This document shows positions 41,532-53,932 of a DNA stretch of 64,000 nt, piece after piece. The DNA is taken from contig OZ219786.1 in NCBI GenBank assembly GCA_964291285.2, positions 704,001 through 768,000 of the forward strand, given 5' to 3'. The number at the start of each line of letters is the position of its first letter. Position 1 is the stretch's first letter. Below the pieces are notes generated by a model. That model saw only the letters and a program-made list of their open reading frames with translations. It searched no databases and was not told the origin of the DNA. The translations under genes were made by a program, and so were the position numbers. The stretch is from Alphaproteobacteria bacterium (lineage in GTDB: Bacteria > Pseudomonadota > Alphaproteobacteria > Bin95).

Positions 41532-41950
41532 TGTCATGAAATGTCATGTTTTGTCATGAGGCCCTCCGGAAATGTCATGTTTTGTCGTGGTCCGGGTCGA
41601 AGCCCGGGCCGTTGGCGCCGCTTCGAGGAGTCGTTCGTCGGGGCATTTGCGCCTCCTTCCATTCGATGGTTTCCGCCGCCCGCTGTTGCGGGGCGGCGAC
41701 CCTTTTTCGCGCGTAACGCGCGCGGGCCGGCGCGCGTCGGCGCCGGCGCGGTTCGCGCGCCTGATTGCCCGCGTGCGCCCGCATGCGCGAGGCAGTCGCC
41801 GGACGCACCCCTCCCGCCTGCTCCCCTGGGGGCTTTTTTCGCGCCGCCGCGACCCGAAGCGGCCTCCGGACAACCGCTTCCTCCCGCTCCACCTAATGGG
41901 CGGCGGCGCGGATTTCAACCCCTGTAATGGAATTTTTTCAGAAATTGTGA
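41532..41950 (-). repeat. Dispersed element copy C (diverged, reverse strand)
   Basis: Core at 41740-41768; AAGCGG..CCGCTT hairpin; GAAGGAGG RBS and ATGCC; TGTCATG at 41532, 41542, 41552, 41573 and variant TGTCGTG at 41583. Confidence 0.8.
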
Positions 41951-42044
41951 ACAAGGCCTGCCCTTCCCGCCTCTTGACCGGCCGGCCCGTCCGGCGCAGA
42001 GAATTGCCGGCAGCACCGCCGAAGGAACCGACCCGGCCCGGCCG

Positions 42045-42575
42045 ATGACCGCTATCGACGCCATGCAGGACAGCGACTGGCCCGAGGTCCGCGCCATTTA
42101 CCGCGCGGGCCTGAAGACCGGCATCGCCGCCTTCATGAAGAACCCGCCGAGCTGGAAGGCGTGGGACAAGGGGCACCTGGCCATCGGCCGGCTGGTCGCC
42201 AGAGACGGCGGCGGCCGCGCGGTCGGCTGGGCGGCGCTGACGCCCGCCCCCGACACCTGAGGCGCTGCCGGTGTCGCTGAGGTCAGCGTCTATGTCGGCG
42301 AAAGCGCGCAAGGGTCAGGGACCGGAACCGCCTTGCTGGAGGGGCTGGTCGCGGCCTCCGAGGCGGAGGGCTACTGGACGCTGCAGGCGCAGATCATGGC
42401 GGCGAACCTGCCCAGCATCGCGCTCCACCGGAAATGCGGCTTCCGCGAGGTCGGCCGCCGGGAGCGCTACGGGCATCTGGACGGCGTCTGGCACGACGTG
42501 TTGCTGTTCGAGCGCCGCAGCGCCCGCACCGGAGGACCCGGCCTGCCGACAAGGACCTGCGACGCGGCGGGGTAG
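42045..42575 (+). CDS. GNAT N-acetyltransferase (PAT/YncA/ArsN-like) with in-frame TGA, probable selenoprotein
   Basis: ORFs 42045-42260 and 42333-42575 share a frame and are joined by one TGA (42258-42260): GWAALTPAPDT-U-GAAGVAEVSVYV...QGSGTG...SIALHRKCGFREVG; hairpin follows. Confidence 0.7.
42273..42290 (+). promoter_or_regulatory. Candidate bacterial SECIS hairpin for the GNAT UGA
   Basis: CGCTG-AGGT-CAGCG stem-loop; loop 20-23 nt after UGA. Confidence 0.55.
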
Positions 42576-42643
42576 CGGCGATTGCCCCGTTGCCGCGCGC
42601 GTGTCAGGATAGCCGGCGTCCGAATGCAAGGGAGAGGACCGCC

Positions 42644-43126
42644 ATGGGCGAGAAGCTGGGGATCGGCGCCGCGTTTCCGGCCCTTTCGCTGAACCTGTTG
42701 GACCGGGGACCGGCGGAAGTGCCCGCCGACATGCCGGGCGCCTGGAAGGTGGTGCTGTTCTACCGCGGCCACTGGTGACCCTATTGCCGCCGTCAGTTGG
42801 ACGGCTTCCAGGAATTATGGCCGGAGTTCGAGGCGCGCGGCGTCTCCATCCTCGCCGGCAGCGTGGACGATGAGGATAACGCCCGCAAATTGGCGGACGG
42901 CAAGAGCTTCCCCTTCGCCTGGGGCATGACGCGGGCGGACGGAGACCGGGTCGGCGCCTGGTGGGAAGACCGCCGCAGCATCGTCCAGCCCTCCGAGTTC
43001 ATCCTGAACGAGGCCGGCGCGATCGAGGTCTCCAGCTACAGCGACGGCCCGCTCGGCCGCATCGACGCCGCCGACGCGCTGAAGCTGATCGACCTCTACG
43101 AGTCGCGGAGAAAGGCCGGGGGCTGA
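42644..43126 (+). CDS. Peroxiredoxin-like (AhpC/TSA, redoxin) selenoprotein with UxxC motif
   Basis: MGEKL...VVLFYRGHW-TGA-PYCRRQL; TGA at 42776-42778 occupies the first Cys of CxxC; RBS GGAGAGG. Confidence 0.88.
42789..42805 (+). promoter_or_regulatory. Candidate bacterial SECIS hairpin for the Prx-like UGA
   Basis: GCCGTC-AGTTG-GACGGC; loop G 18 nt after UGA. Confidence 0.6.
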
Positions 43127-43212
43127 GGACGACTTGCTCCGATTGCCCTGACATTCGATTGGAGTGGACCCGGCGGTCGGCGGCCCACATGGCAGGTCGG
43201 CGCGGCGCGGCT

Positions 43213-43737
43213 TTATCCTCGCCTTGCCTGCCTCCGCCGCCAGTATCGCGGGTCGAAGGCGACATCGTGGCCCCAGAGGCCGCGTCCTTCCCGGCGGGCT
43301 TCCAGTTCGACCTCCTTGTAGAGGTCTCCGTAAGCGGCGATGGCATGGCCGTTGCGGACGAGCCAGGCGCCGACATCCCTGCCGCCGCAGGTTACGCGGC
43401 CCAGCACGCGGCCATGCCGGTCTATGCCTTCCACGGACACCTCGACATGCCGGCCGCCGACCGTGCGGATGAGCGCACGCTTGACCCGTTTGCCGTGCTT
43501 GAACCAATAGCCGTCCCGGTGTTTCGCCCACTGGTCCAGTTCCGGGGCGTCGAGGCCGGAGAAGCGGACCCTGTGGCCGGAGACCCGGAGACTGTCGCCA
43601 TCTGTCACCCATGCCTTGCCGGCGATGACGCTGCCGGCTTCGGGTGCGGGCAGGCGCCGCTTGCGGCCTGGCTGCCGCCGGTGCCGCTGGCTGAGAAGCC
43701 GGAAAGCGGCACGGGCAAGGGCAGCGAGGAGTTTCAT
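43213..43737 (-). CDS. Thermonuclease (SNase-like) family protein
   Basis: VTDGDSL, RFSGLDAPE, DRHGRVLG, LVRNGHA, ARREGRGLW. Confidence 0.85.
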   Translation of the reverse strand: MKLLAALARAAFRLLSQRHRRQPGRKRRLPAPEAGSVIAGKAWVTDGDSLRVSGHRVRFSGLDAPELDQWAKHRDGYWFKHGKRVKRALIRTVGGRHVEVSVEGIDRHGRVLGRVTCGGRDVGAWLVRNGHAIAAYGDLYKEVELEARREGRGLWGHDVAFDPRYWRRRQARRG

Positions 43738-43867
43738 AGCCCGTTCCGCTTAGCATGTTTCCCGCCCGCCGACACCCGGCCGGGGCGGCCCGGCTTGCGT
43801 GTCCGGAGGAAGCGGCTATACCTCTCGGCAGCCCGGAACGGGCGGCCCGAAGGCGGTATCGAAGGCA

Positions 43868-44916
43868 ATGACGAAAGACAGCACGGCGGCGCTGGAGGCG
43901 GCGGCCGGGGAACGCATCCTCGTTCTCGACGGCGCAATGGGGACCATGATCCAGCAGCTCGGCCTGGAGGAGGCCGACTTCCGCGGCGCGCGCTTCGCCG
44001 GCTGGGACCGGGACCTCAAGGGCAATAACGACCTGCTGAACCTGACGCAGCCGGACGCCATTGCCGACATCCACGGCACCTTCCTGGACGCCGGCGCCGA
44101 CATTCTCGAGACCAACAGCTTCAACGCCACCCGGGTCGCGCTGGCCGATTACGGCATGGAGGCGTTCGCCCGCGAGATCAACGAGGCCGCGGCCCGGATC
44201 GCCCGCAAGGCCGCGGACGGCCGCCGGGACGGCCGGCCGCGCTGGGTGGCGGGCGCCATCGGGCCGACCAACCGCACCGCCTCGATCTCTCCCGATGTCG
44301 AGGACCCGGCGGCGCGCAATGTCGATTTCGACACGCTCCGCGCCGCCTACCGCGAGGCCGCCGAGGGCCTGATGGACGGCGGGGCGGACCTGCTTGCCGT
44401 CGAGACGGTGTTCGACACGCTGAACGCCAAGGCGGCGCTCTACGCCGTCGAGGAGGCGTTCGAGGCGCGCGGCACCCGCCTGCCGGTCCTCGTCTCCGGC
44501 ACGGTTGTGGACCTCTCCGGACGCACCTTGTCCGGCCAGACGCCGGAGGCTTTCTGGTATTCGGTGCGCCATGCCGCGCCCTTCGCCGTCGGCCTCAATT
44601 GCGCGCTCGGGGCGGAGCAGATGCGCGGCTTCCTCGCCGACATGGCGCGCGTGGCCGACACGCTGATCTCCGCCTATCCGAACGCCGGCCTGCCCAACGC
44701 CTTCGGAGGCTATGACGAGACGCCGGAGACGACCGCCCGCCATCTGGGCGCCTGGGCGCGGGACGGGCTGGTGAACCTGGTCGGCGGCTGCTGCGGCACC
44801 ACGCCCGCGCATATCGCCGCCGTCGCCGAAGCCGTGGCGGGCGTGACCCCGCGCAAGCCGCCCCGGATGGAGCGGCGCATGCGGCTCGCCGGGCTCGAAC
44901 CCTTCGTCGCGGCGGC

Positions 44917-44920
<4 letters not shown>
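43868..44920 (+). CDS. metH: Methionine synthase, homocysteine-binding module (split MetH part 1)
   Basis: [34 protein letters not shown]. Confidence 0.93.
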
Positions 44921-47571
<2,651 letters not shown>

Positions 47572-47624
47572 ACGGCCGGGCTGCGGGCGGACGCTGCAAT
47601 CCCTCCCTACCGGAACGCCGCTTG

Positions 47625-48320
47625 TCAGCGCGGGAAGTTCGGGCGGTCGGGGCCGTAATGCGCCGCCAGATAGTCGAGGATGACCGTCCTGGCATCTCCC
47701 TCGATCGGCTCCATCTCCTGCTCCTCGACCATCCAGTCCAGCGACTCGTCCCATTGCTCGCGCGTCAGGCCCTGCTGCACGACGATCCGCTCCGAGTGGC
47801 AGGGCGTGCAGGCGTAGAAGGTCTCGGAGGCGCCGGGCGCCCTGACCATGAGGCCGAAATCCTCCGCCTCCGGGGTCTGCGAAACCGCCGGGGCCGCGGA
47901 CGCCTTCCCGAAATCGGCCGGGCTGTCGCCCATCCCGTTCAGGAAGGCGATGACATCGGCGCGGTCGCGCTCGCGCTTCAGGCCGACGAAGCTCATGGAG
48001 CCGCCCTTCACCACCGCGCGCGGCTTCGTCAGATAGGCGTCGAGACGCTCCGGCGTCCAGCTGCCGCCGAACGCCGTCATCGCCTTCGAATAGCGGAACC
48101 CGTCCCTCGCCCCTACCGGCGCACCGACAATGCCCCAGAGGTTGGGTCCGATCTTTTTGCGTCCGCCCTTCTCGGCCGTGTGGCAGGCGGCGCACTTGCG
48201 AAACACCTTTTTGCCGCGCGCGGAATCGGCCGCGGCGAGGCGCGTCTCCAGGTCGGCCGCGCCGGCGGGCGCTGCCGCTGCGCAGGCAAGCAGCAGCGCC
48301 GCCGCCATGACGGTCCGCAT
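47625..48320 (-). CDS. Diheme cytochrome c (c2-like domain plus SorB-like domain)
   Basis: CAACH and CTPCH, GPNLWGIVG, signal peptide. Confidence 0.8.
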   Translation of the reverse strand: MRTVMAAALLLACAAAAPAGAADLETRLAAADSARGKKVFRKCAACHTAEKGGRKKIGPNLWGIVGAPVGARDGFRYSKAMTAFGGSWTPERLDAYLTKPRAVVKGGSMSFVGLKRERDRADVIAFLNGMGDSPADFGKASAAPAVSQTPEAEDFGLMVRAPGASETFYACTPCHSERIVVQQGLTREQWDESLDWMVEEQEMEPIEGDARTVILDYLAAHYGPDRPNFPR

Positions 48321-48330
48321 CGGCGCGCGG

Positions 48331-49626
48331 TCAGGCTACGCGCAGCGCCACCCGGTGCATGGTGTTGTTGAGATAGCCTTTCGGGTTCCAGTCGATGGCG
48401 AAGGGCTGCATCTCGCCGGCGCTGTCGGTCGCCCGCGCCCAGACCTCGTAGTAGCCGGCCTCGGGGAAGGCGATGCTGTGGCGCCAGTTCTGCCAGGCGC
48501 CGGGATTGACCGGCCCGTCCAGCTCCGCGGCCATCCAGCTCTTGCCGAAATCGATGGAGAGGTCGACGGCGGAAACCGTGCGGTCCCCCGACCAGGCATG
48601 GCCGCGCACCTCGACCTCACGGGCCGCGCCGGCGCCGTTCTCCGGCGACGTCACCAGGGATTTCACCGGCATGCGCTCGATGATCTCGAAATCCTCCGTC
48701 GGCACCTTGTCGCCCGGAGCAACGGAATAGCGCGGCACCCGGTATGACTTGCCGGTCATCTTCGGCCCGTCATGAACCTGATCTCGGAGCTGGATGCGCT
48801 TCAGCCATTTCTGCGAGCACGACCCCGGCCAGCCCGGCACCACCAGGCGGAGCGGCGCGCCGTTCTGCCTGTGCAGCGGCCCGCCGTTCATCGCAAACGC
48901 GATGAGCACATTGTCGGTCATCGCCTTCGCGATCGGCACGCCGCGCGAGATCGGCAGCTTGCCCTCCTTGCCGGAGAGGTGGGTGTCGGCGCCGTAATGC
49001 GCGGTATAGACCGCGCCCGGCTTGACCCCGGCCTTCTTCAGCACGTCGGCGAGGCGCACGCCGGTCCATTCCGAGCAGCCCACGGCGCCGACGGTCCACT
49101 GGTTGCCCTTGGCCGGCGGGTCGAAGAAGGCCCGTCCGTTGCCGCCGCATTCGATGGTGAGCGCCATGGTGACCACCTCGAACCCGGCCTTCAGGTCCTC
49201 GATGGACAGCTCCATCGGGTTGTCCACCAGCCCGTCCACGGCGAGCGTCCAGCCTGCGGCGTCGGCGTCTTCCGGCGGCAGGCCGTTATTGCGGATGAAG
49301 TGCCGGGCGGTGGGCGTGATCGCATCGTCGAGCAGGTGCGCCGGCGTCTCGGCATTGATCGGCCGGTCGTTCAGCAGCGTCAGCCCGTCCTTGCCGACCA
49401 GCACGTCCTCCGAGGCAAAGGCCGCCGGCACCAGCCCGCGCGGCATGTTGGCGTAGAAGGGGATCGTCATGCCGAGCAGGCCGCCTGCGGCCGCCAGCCC
49501 GGCGCCGGCGAAGAAGCCCCGCCGGCTCAGCCCCGGCGCCGGCTCGAAAAATTGCCGGCGCGCCTCTTCCGGATGTTCCGCGAAGTAGGCGTATAGCCCT
49601 TTGGTGTCTTGCGAATCTTTCGGCAT
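48331..49626 (-). CDS. Molybdopterin sulfite dehydrogenase (SorA/SoxC family), Tat-exported
   Basis: SRRGFF, HFIRNNG, ECGGNGR (Mo-ligand Cys), GAPLRLVVPGW, KWL; RBS AAGGAG. Confidence 0.88.
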   Translation of the reverse strand: MPKDSQDTKGLYAYFAEHPEEARRQFFEPAPGLSRRGFFAGAGLAAAGGLLGMTIPFYANMPRGLVPAAFASEDVLVGKDGLTLLNDRPINAETPAHLLDDAITPTARHFIRNNGLPPEDADAAGWTLAVDGLVDNPMELSIEDLKAGFEVVTMALTIECGGNGRAFFDPPAKGNQWTVGAVGCSEWTGVRLADVLKKAGVKPGAVYTAHYGADTHLSGKEGKLPISRGVPIAKAMTDNVLIAFAMNGGPLHRQNGAPLRLVVPGWPGSCSQKWLKRIQLRDQVHDGPKMTGKSYRVPRYSVAPGDKVPTEDFEIIERMPVKSLVTSPENGAGAAREVEVRGHAWSGDRTVSAVDLSIDFGKSWMAAELDGPVNPGAWQNWRHSIAFPEAGYYEVWARATDSAGEMQPFAIDWNPKGYLNNTMHRVALRVA

Positions 49627-49768
49627 GTTTTTCTCCTTGGTCATTTGCCGGCTTGTCTCCATGGAGACAGGCTGGGAGGTTGCTGGGCGTTCGCCGCGCG
49701 GCGTTGGGGAGGAGCCGCCCGCCGGGCGGCTCATGGCTCCCCTGGGCCGCGCGAGGGGCGCCGGCCGG

Positions 49769-51031
49769 TCAGCCGAAGATGTCGGCCGTGATGCCGGAAT
49801 ACCAGCCCTCCGACTCTTCGTAGGTGGTCTTGCGCAACTCCGCCGTTTCGCCGGTCTTGGAGATGAAGCCGTCGGTCTTGGCGATCTTCTCGTCCGTCGC
49901 TTCGTAGGACGCGCCGACCTTGACGCCGTTCTCCGTCGAGATGAGCGACCAGCAGGTGTTGGAATATCTGGCCGGGAACACCTTCGACCCGGTGAGCGCG
50001 CCGCGCACGGCGTTGGCGCAGACCTTCGCCTGGCTGTTGGCCGAGAAGCCCGACTTCGGCATGTCGCCCTGCTGGGCGGCATCGCCGAGGACATGGACAT
50101 CCGGGTCCGCCTTCGAGGACATGTCGTAGGCGCTGACCGGCGCCCAGTTGCCGTCGGTGACGCCGGCAAGCTCGGCAATGCGTCCGGCCTTCATGGCCGG
50201 AATGACATTGCAGACATCCACCCTGGTCTCTTCACCGTCGATGGTGACGGTCATGCCCGCGGGATCGACCGACACCTTGTCGCCGCCGAACTCCGGCCCG
50301 ATCCAGTCGATCATGCCGGCATAGTGGTCGGCCCAGCCTTCCTGGAAGAGTCCCATCTTGGAGAATTTCGGCTTGGGGTCGGCGATGATGATCTTCGCCG
50401 TCGGATTGTGGGCCTTGAGATGGTGCGCCACCATGCAGATGCGCTCATAGGGGCCGGGCGGGCACCGGAACGGGTTGGGGGGAGCGACCATGGCGTAAAC
50501 GCCGCCCTCCGGCATGGCGCGGACCTGCGCCCTCAGCAGCTCGCTCTGCGAACCGGCCTTGTAGGCGTGCGGCATCGCGTTCTGCGCGCCGACGTCCCAG
50601 CCCTCCACGGCCCCTTCGACGAAGTCGATGCCCGGGGAGAGGACGAGCCTGTCGTAGGAGAGCGTGGCGCCCCCTGCGAGGCTCACTGTCTTGGCGCTGC
50701 GGTCAACGCCGACGGCCCAGTCATGCACGACATTGACGCCGTGGGCGCTGGCGAGCCGGCCGTAGGTGTGCCCGATATCCGCAACTTCCTTGAAGCCGCC
50801 GATATAGAGGTTCGAGAAGAAGCAGGTGTAGTAGGTGCGGGTCGGCTCCACGAGGGTGACGTCAATGGCGCCCTTGCTGTCCTTTGCGATATAGCGCGCC
50901 GCCGTGGCGCCGCCGGCGCCGCCGCCGATGACGACCACGCGCGGGCGGCCCTGGCCGATGGCTGCCGGCGCCGCAAGCAAGGCCGCGGTCGCAGCCGTCG
51001 AGCCGACGAATGATCTCCTGTCGAGTTTCAT
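49769..51031 (-). CDS. soxF: Flavocytochrome c sulfide dehydrogenase flavoprotein (FccB/SoxF)
   Basis: DRRSF Tat motif, IGGGAGG, CFFSN, RCPPGPYER, MPKSG..ANSQAK, NTCWSL. Confidence 0.88.
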   Translation of the reverse strand: MKLDRRSFVGSTAATAALLAAPAAIGQGRPRVVVIGGGAGGATAARYIAKDSKGAIDVTLVEPTRTYYTCFFSNLYIGGFKEVADIGHTYGRLASAHGVNVVHDWAVGVDRSAKTVSLAGGATLSYDRLVLSPGIDFVEGAVEGWDVGAQNAMPHAYKAGSQSELLRAQVRAMPEGGVYAMVAPPNPFRCPPGPYERICMVAHHLKAHNPTAKIIIADPKPKFSKMGLFQEGWADHYAGMIDWIGPEFGGDKVSVDPAGMTVTIDGEETRVDVCNVIPAMKAGRIAELAGVTDGNWAPVSAYDMSSKADPDVHVLGDAAQQGDMPKSGFSANSQAKVCANAVRGALTGSKVFPARYSNTCWSLISTENGVKVGASYEATDEKIAKTDGFISKTGETAELRKTTYEESEGWYSGITADIFG

Positions 51032-51083
51032 GGCGGGTTCCTCCTTCCGGTTGCGTTGCCGTCGTGACGGGCGGGTTGGGTCC

Positions 51084-51782
51084 TCATTCTGCGGGATTGG
51101 CGAAGTAGGCGGCAAGCGCGGCGATTTCCTCGTCGCCCAGCCGCGCCGCGATCATCTGCATGACCGGGTGCTCGCGGCGCTTGTTCCTGTAATCGTGCAT
51201 CGCGATGACGAAGCGTTCCACCGGCCAGCGCAGGATGGAGGGTATGCCCTTGTCGCCTCCGTCCGCCCGGTGGCAGGTCGTGCATTCCCCGCTGAGCCAG
51301 GCGCCGTATTCGGGGTCGCCCTCGATGGCCAGAACGGCCGGATCGATGCCGTGGTCCTCAGCACTGCCGGAAAGCAGCGCCATGCCGGTTCCGTCGCCGA
51401 TGCTTTGGAGGAAGGCGATCAGGTCCGCCCGCGCGCGCGCATCCGCAATCCCGTCGAAGGTCATCCGGGAGTCGGGGGCGACGGCGTCCGGACTCCCGAG
51501 AAAGGCGTCGAGCGTTTCGGCGCTCCAGACATGCCCGTCGTCCCTGAGGCGCAGGAAGCTCCCGGAATAGATGAAGTCCGCGTGGCTTGCCGCGACCCGG
51601 CCGAAGAGGCCGTTCAGATGCGGGCCGATCCCGTGCCGGGCTCCGGCGCCGGCCTCATGGCAGGCCTTGCATTGGTCGAACACGGGGCGGCCGGCGTCCG
51701 CATCGCCGGACTCCGCCGGGCGCGGCCCCGTATGGACAGCGATTGCCGCCGCGAGGACCAGAACCAGCCGGAACCGAACCAT
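51084..51782 (-). CDS. Diheme cytochrome c (SoxE/FccA-like partner)
   Basis: CKACH and CTTCH, GPHLNG, signal peptide; start approximate. Confidence 0.8.
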   Translation of the reverse strand: MVRFRLVLVLAAAIAVHTGPRPAESGDADAGRPVFDQCKACHEAGAGARHGIGPHLNGLFGRVAASHADFIYSGSFLRLRDDGHVWSAETLDAFLGSPDAVAPDSRMTFDGIADARARADLIAFLQSIGDGTGMALLSGSAEDHGIDPAVLAIEGDPEYGAWLSGECTTCHRADGGDKGIPSILRWPVERFVIAMHDYRNKRREHPVMQMIAARLGDEEIAALAAYFANPAE

Positions 51783-51927
51783 CCGAACCCGATCTCCGAA
51801 TCTCTCCGGGCCGGCGCTGCCGCGCCCGCGCCGCTTCCTCATGGGCGTCCATCCTTCCCGTACCCGCGCTCCTGTCAATTCTTCTCGACCCGGCTGTCCG
51901 AACCCGGGGGCCCGCTCCAGCCAACGC

Positions 51928-51948
51928 CGGGACCCTGATTCGCGCGTA
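51928..51948 (-). repeat. Fragment D of the dispersed element
   Basis: Reverse complement TACGCGCGAATCAGGGTCCCG is identical to 7126-7146. Confidence 0.6.
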
Positions 51949-52020
51949 ACCTGCGCGCGCCTTCCGCCGGGAGTCGGGGAGGCGTAGGCTCGGTCCCGGC
52001 GCGATTCGGAGAGGAAACCG

Positions 52021-52857
52021 ATGCCCGATACCCTGGCCGACCTGGTGACGAAGCGTTACGGCCCCGAGACGCCCGGCGGCGCGGACATGCCGGCGGAGGG
52101 ACCGCTCGCGGCGATCCTCGACCGGCGCACCCACCGCCGCTACGCCGACCGGCCGGTCCCGGAGGACATGCTGGACCTGCTGTTCGCCTGCGCCTTCTCC
52201 GCCAGCGCCAAGTCCGACCTGCAGCAGGCTTCGGTCGTGCGGGTGGCCGACCCGGCGCTCCGGGCGGAGGTCGCCGCACTCATCCCGGGCATGCCGTGGA
52301 TCGGCACGGCGCCGGTATTCATGGTCTGGTGCGGCGACGGGCGGCGGATCAGGCGGATCTGCGAGTTGCGGGGCAAGCCGTTCGCCAACGACCATTTCGA
52401 TGCCGCCTTCAACCCGACCGTGGACGCCGCGCTCGCCATGCAGACCTTCATCCTCTCGGCGGAGGCGATGGGGCTCGGCTGCTGCCCGATCAGCGTCGTG
52501 CGCAACCATTGCTTCCGGGTGGGCGAACTGCTGGGCCTGCCGGAATGGGTGTTCCCGGTAGCCGGGCTCTGCGTCGGCTGGCCGGCGGCGGAGGGCTATA
52601 TCTCCATGCGGGTGCCGCCCTCGGTCACGGTCCACACCGACCGCTATGACGACGGCAAGCTGGCCGCCGGTATCGACGCATACGACCGCCGCCGCGACGC
52701 GGTTTACAGCATTCCGGCGGACAAGCAGCGGGACACCGACCGCTACGGCGAGGCGGGCTTCTACGGCTGGTCCGAGGACAAGGCGCGCCAGGTCTCGCAC
52801 ACCGAGCGCGAGGACTTCGGCGCCTTCCTCCGCCGGCAGGGCTACCGGCTGGACTGA
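52021..52857 (+). CDS. Nitroreductase (NfsA/Frp-like)
   Basis: RRTHRRY, SKSDLQQ, VDAALAMQ, GLGCCPI, GWP. Confidence 0.85.
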   Translation: MPDTLADLVTKRYGPETPGGADMPAEGPLAAILDRRTHRRYADRPVPEDMLDLLFACAFSASAKSDLQQASVVRVADPALRAEVAALIPGMPWIGTAPVFMVWCGDGRRIRRICELRGKPFANDHFDAAFNPTVDAALAMQTFILSAEAMGLGCCPISVVRNHCFRVGELLGLPEWVFPVAGLCVGWPAAEGYISMRVPPSVTVHTDRYDDGKLAAGIDAYDRRRDAVYSIPADKQRDTDRYGEAGFYGWSEDKARQVSHTEREDFGAFLRRQGYRLD

Positions 52858-53932
52858 TGGCGCCTCCCGTCGCGGGCGGCATCGGGCGCGTCTTCGCCAA
52901 CCGCAATTACCGCCTCTACTTCACCGGCAACGCGGTCTCGCTGGTCGGCACCTGGATGCAGCGCACCGGCGTCGGCGTGCTCGCCTGGGAGCTGACCGGT
53001 TCGGCGTTTTACCTTGGCCTGATCGCCGCGGCGGAATTCCTGCCGTCCATCCTGCTGGGACCGTTCGCCGGCGCGGTGGCCGACCGCCTCAGCCGGCTGG
53101 GCATCATCGCCGCGATGCAGGGCCTTCTGTGCATCCAGGCGCTCACGCTCGGCCTCCTGACCGTCACCGGCCTCACCACGCCGGAATTGCTGTTCCTGCT
53201 CACCCTGGCGCTCGGCACGGCGACGGCGATAGCGCAGCCGGCGCGCCTGTCGCTCGTGCCGTCGCTCGTGGGCCGCGACGACATCCCCTCCGCGGTCGCG
53301 ATCAACTCGATCGGCTGGAACAGCGCGCGCTTCATCGGCCCGACGCTGGCCGGACCGATGCTGACATATCTGGGGCCCGTCTCCGGCGCAGGCTGGGCGT
53401 TCCTGTGCAACACGGCGACCTTTGCCGCCTTCCTCATCGTATTGCCGATGCTGCGCCTCAGCCCCCGCCTGCAGGTGCGGCGCGAACGCCGGGGCCTGCT
53501 CGCGGAGATCGGCGAGGGCTTCGGCTATATCGGGCGCCATGCGGGCGTCGGCCCGCTGATCCTGCTGCTGCTGGCCGGGGCGCTGCTGGTCCGGCCCTAT
53601 GTCGAACTGCTGCCCGCCTTCGCCGATGTCGTGTTCGAGCGCGGCGCGGCGGGCTTCGCCTGGCTCATCGCCGTCAACGGGCTGGGCGCGCTGGCAGGCG
53701 GCCTCTGGCTCGCCTGGCGCGGCAACCGGGACGGGCTCGCCGGCATCGTGTTCGCCGGCGCGGCGGTGCACGCGGCGATGGTGGCGCTGTTTTCCCTCAC
53801 CGGACATTTCGAACTCGCGCTGGCGGCGCTGGCGGTGGCGGGCTTCGCCATGCTGGTCATGGGCGTGGGCGCGCAGAGCCTGATCCAGATGGGCACGCCG
53901 TCGGACATGCTCGGCCGGGTGCTGAGCGTTTA
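52857..53932 (+). pseudogene. MFS transporter truncated by IS1380-family element
   Basis: NYRLYF..GTWMQ, GAVADR; frame runs into the IS TIR after LGRVLSVY and the last TM helices are missing. Confidence 0.82.

Noticed and set aside
43738-43867. SAM or cobalamin riboswitch upstream of metH
   Set aside because: No recognisable consensus elements in this short intergenic region
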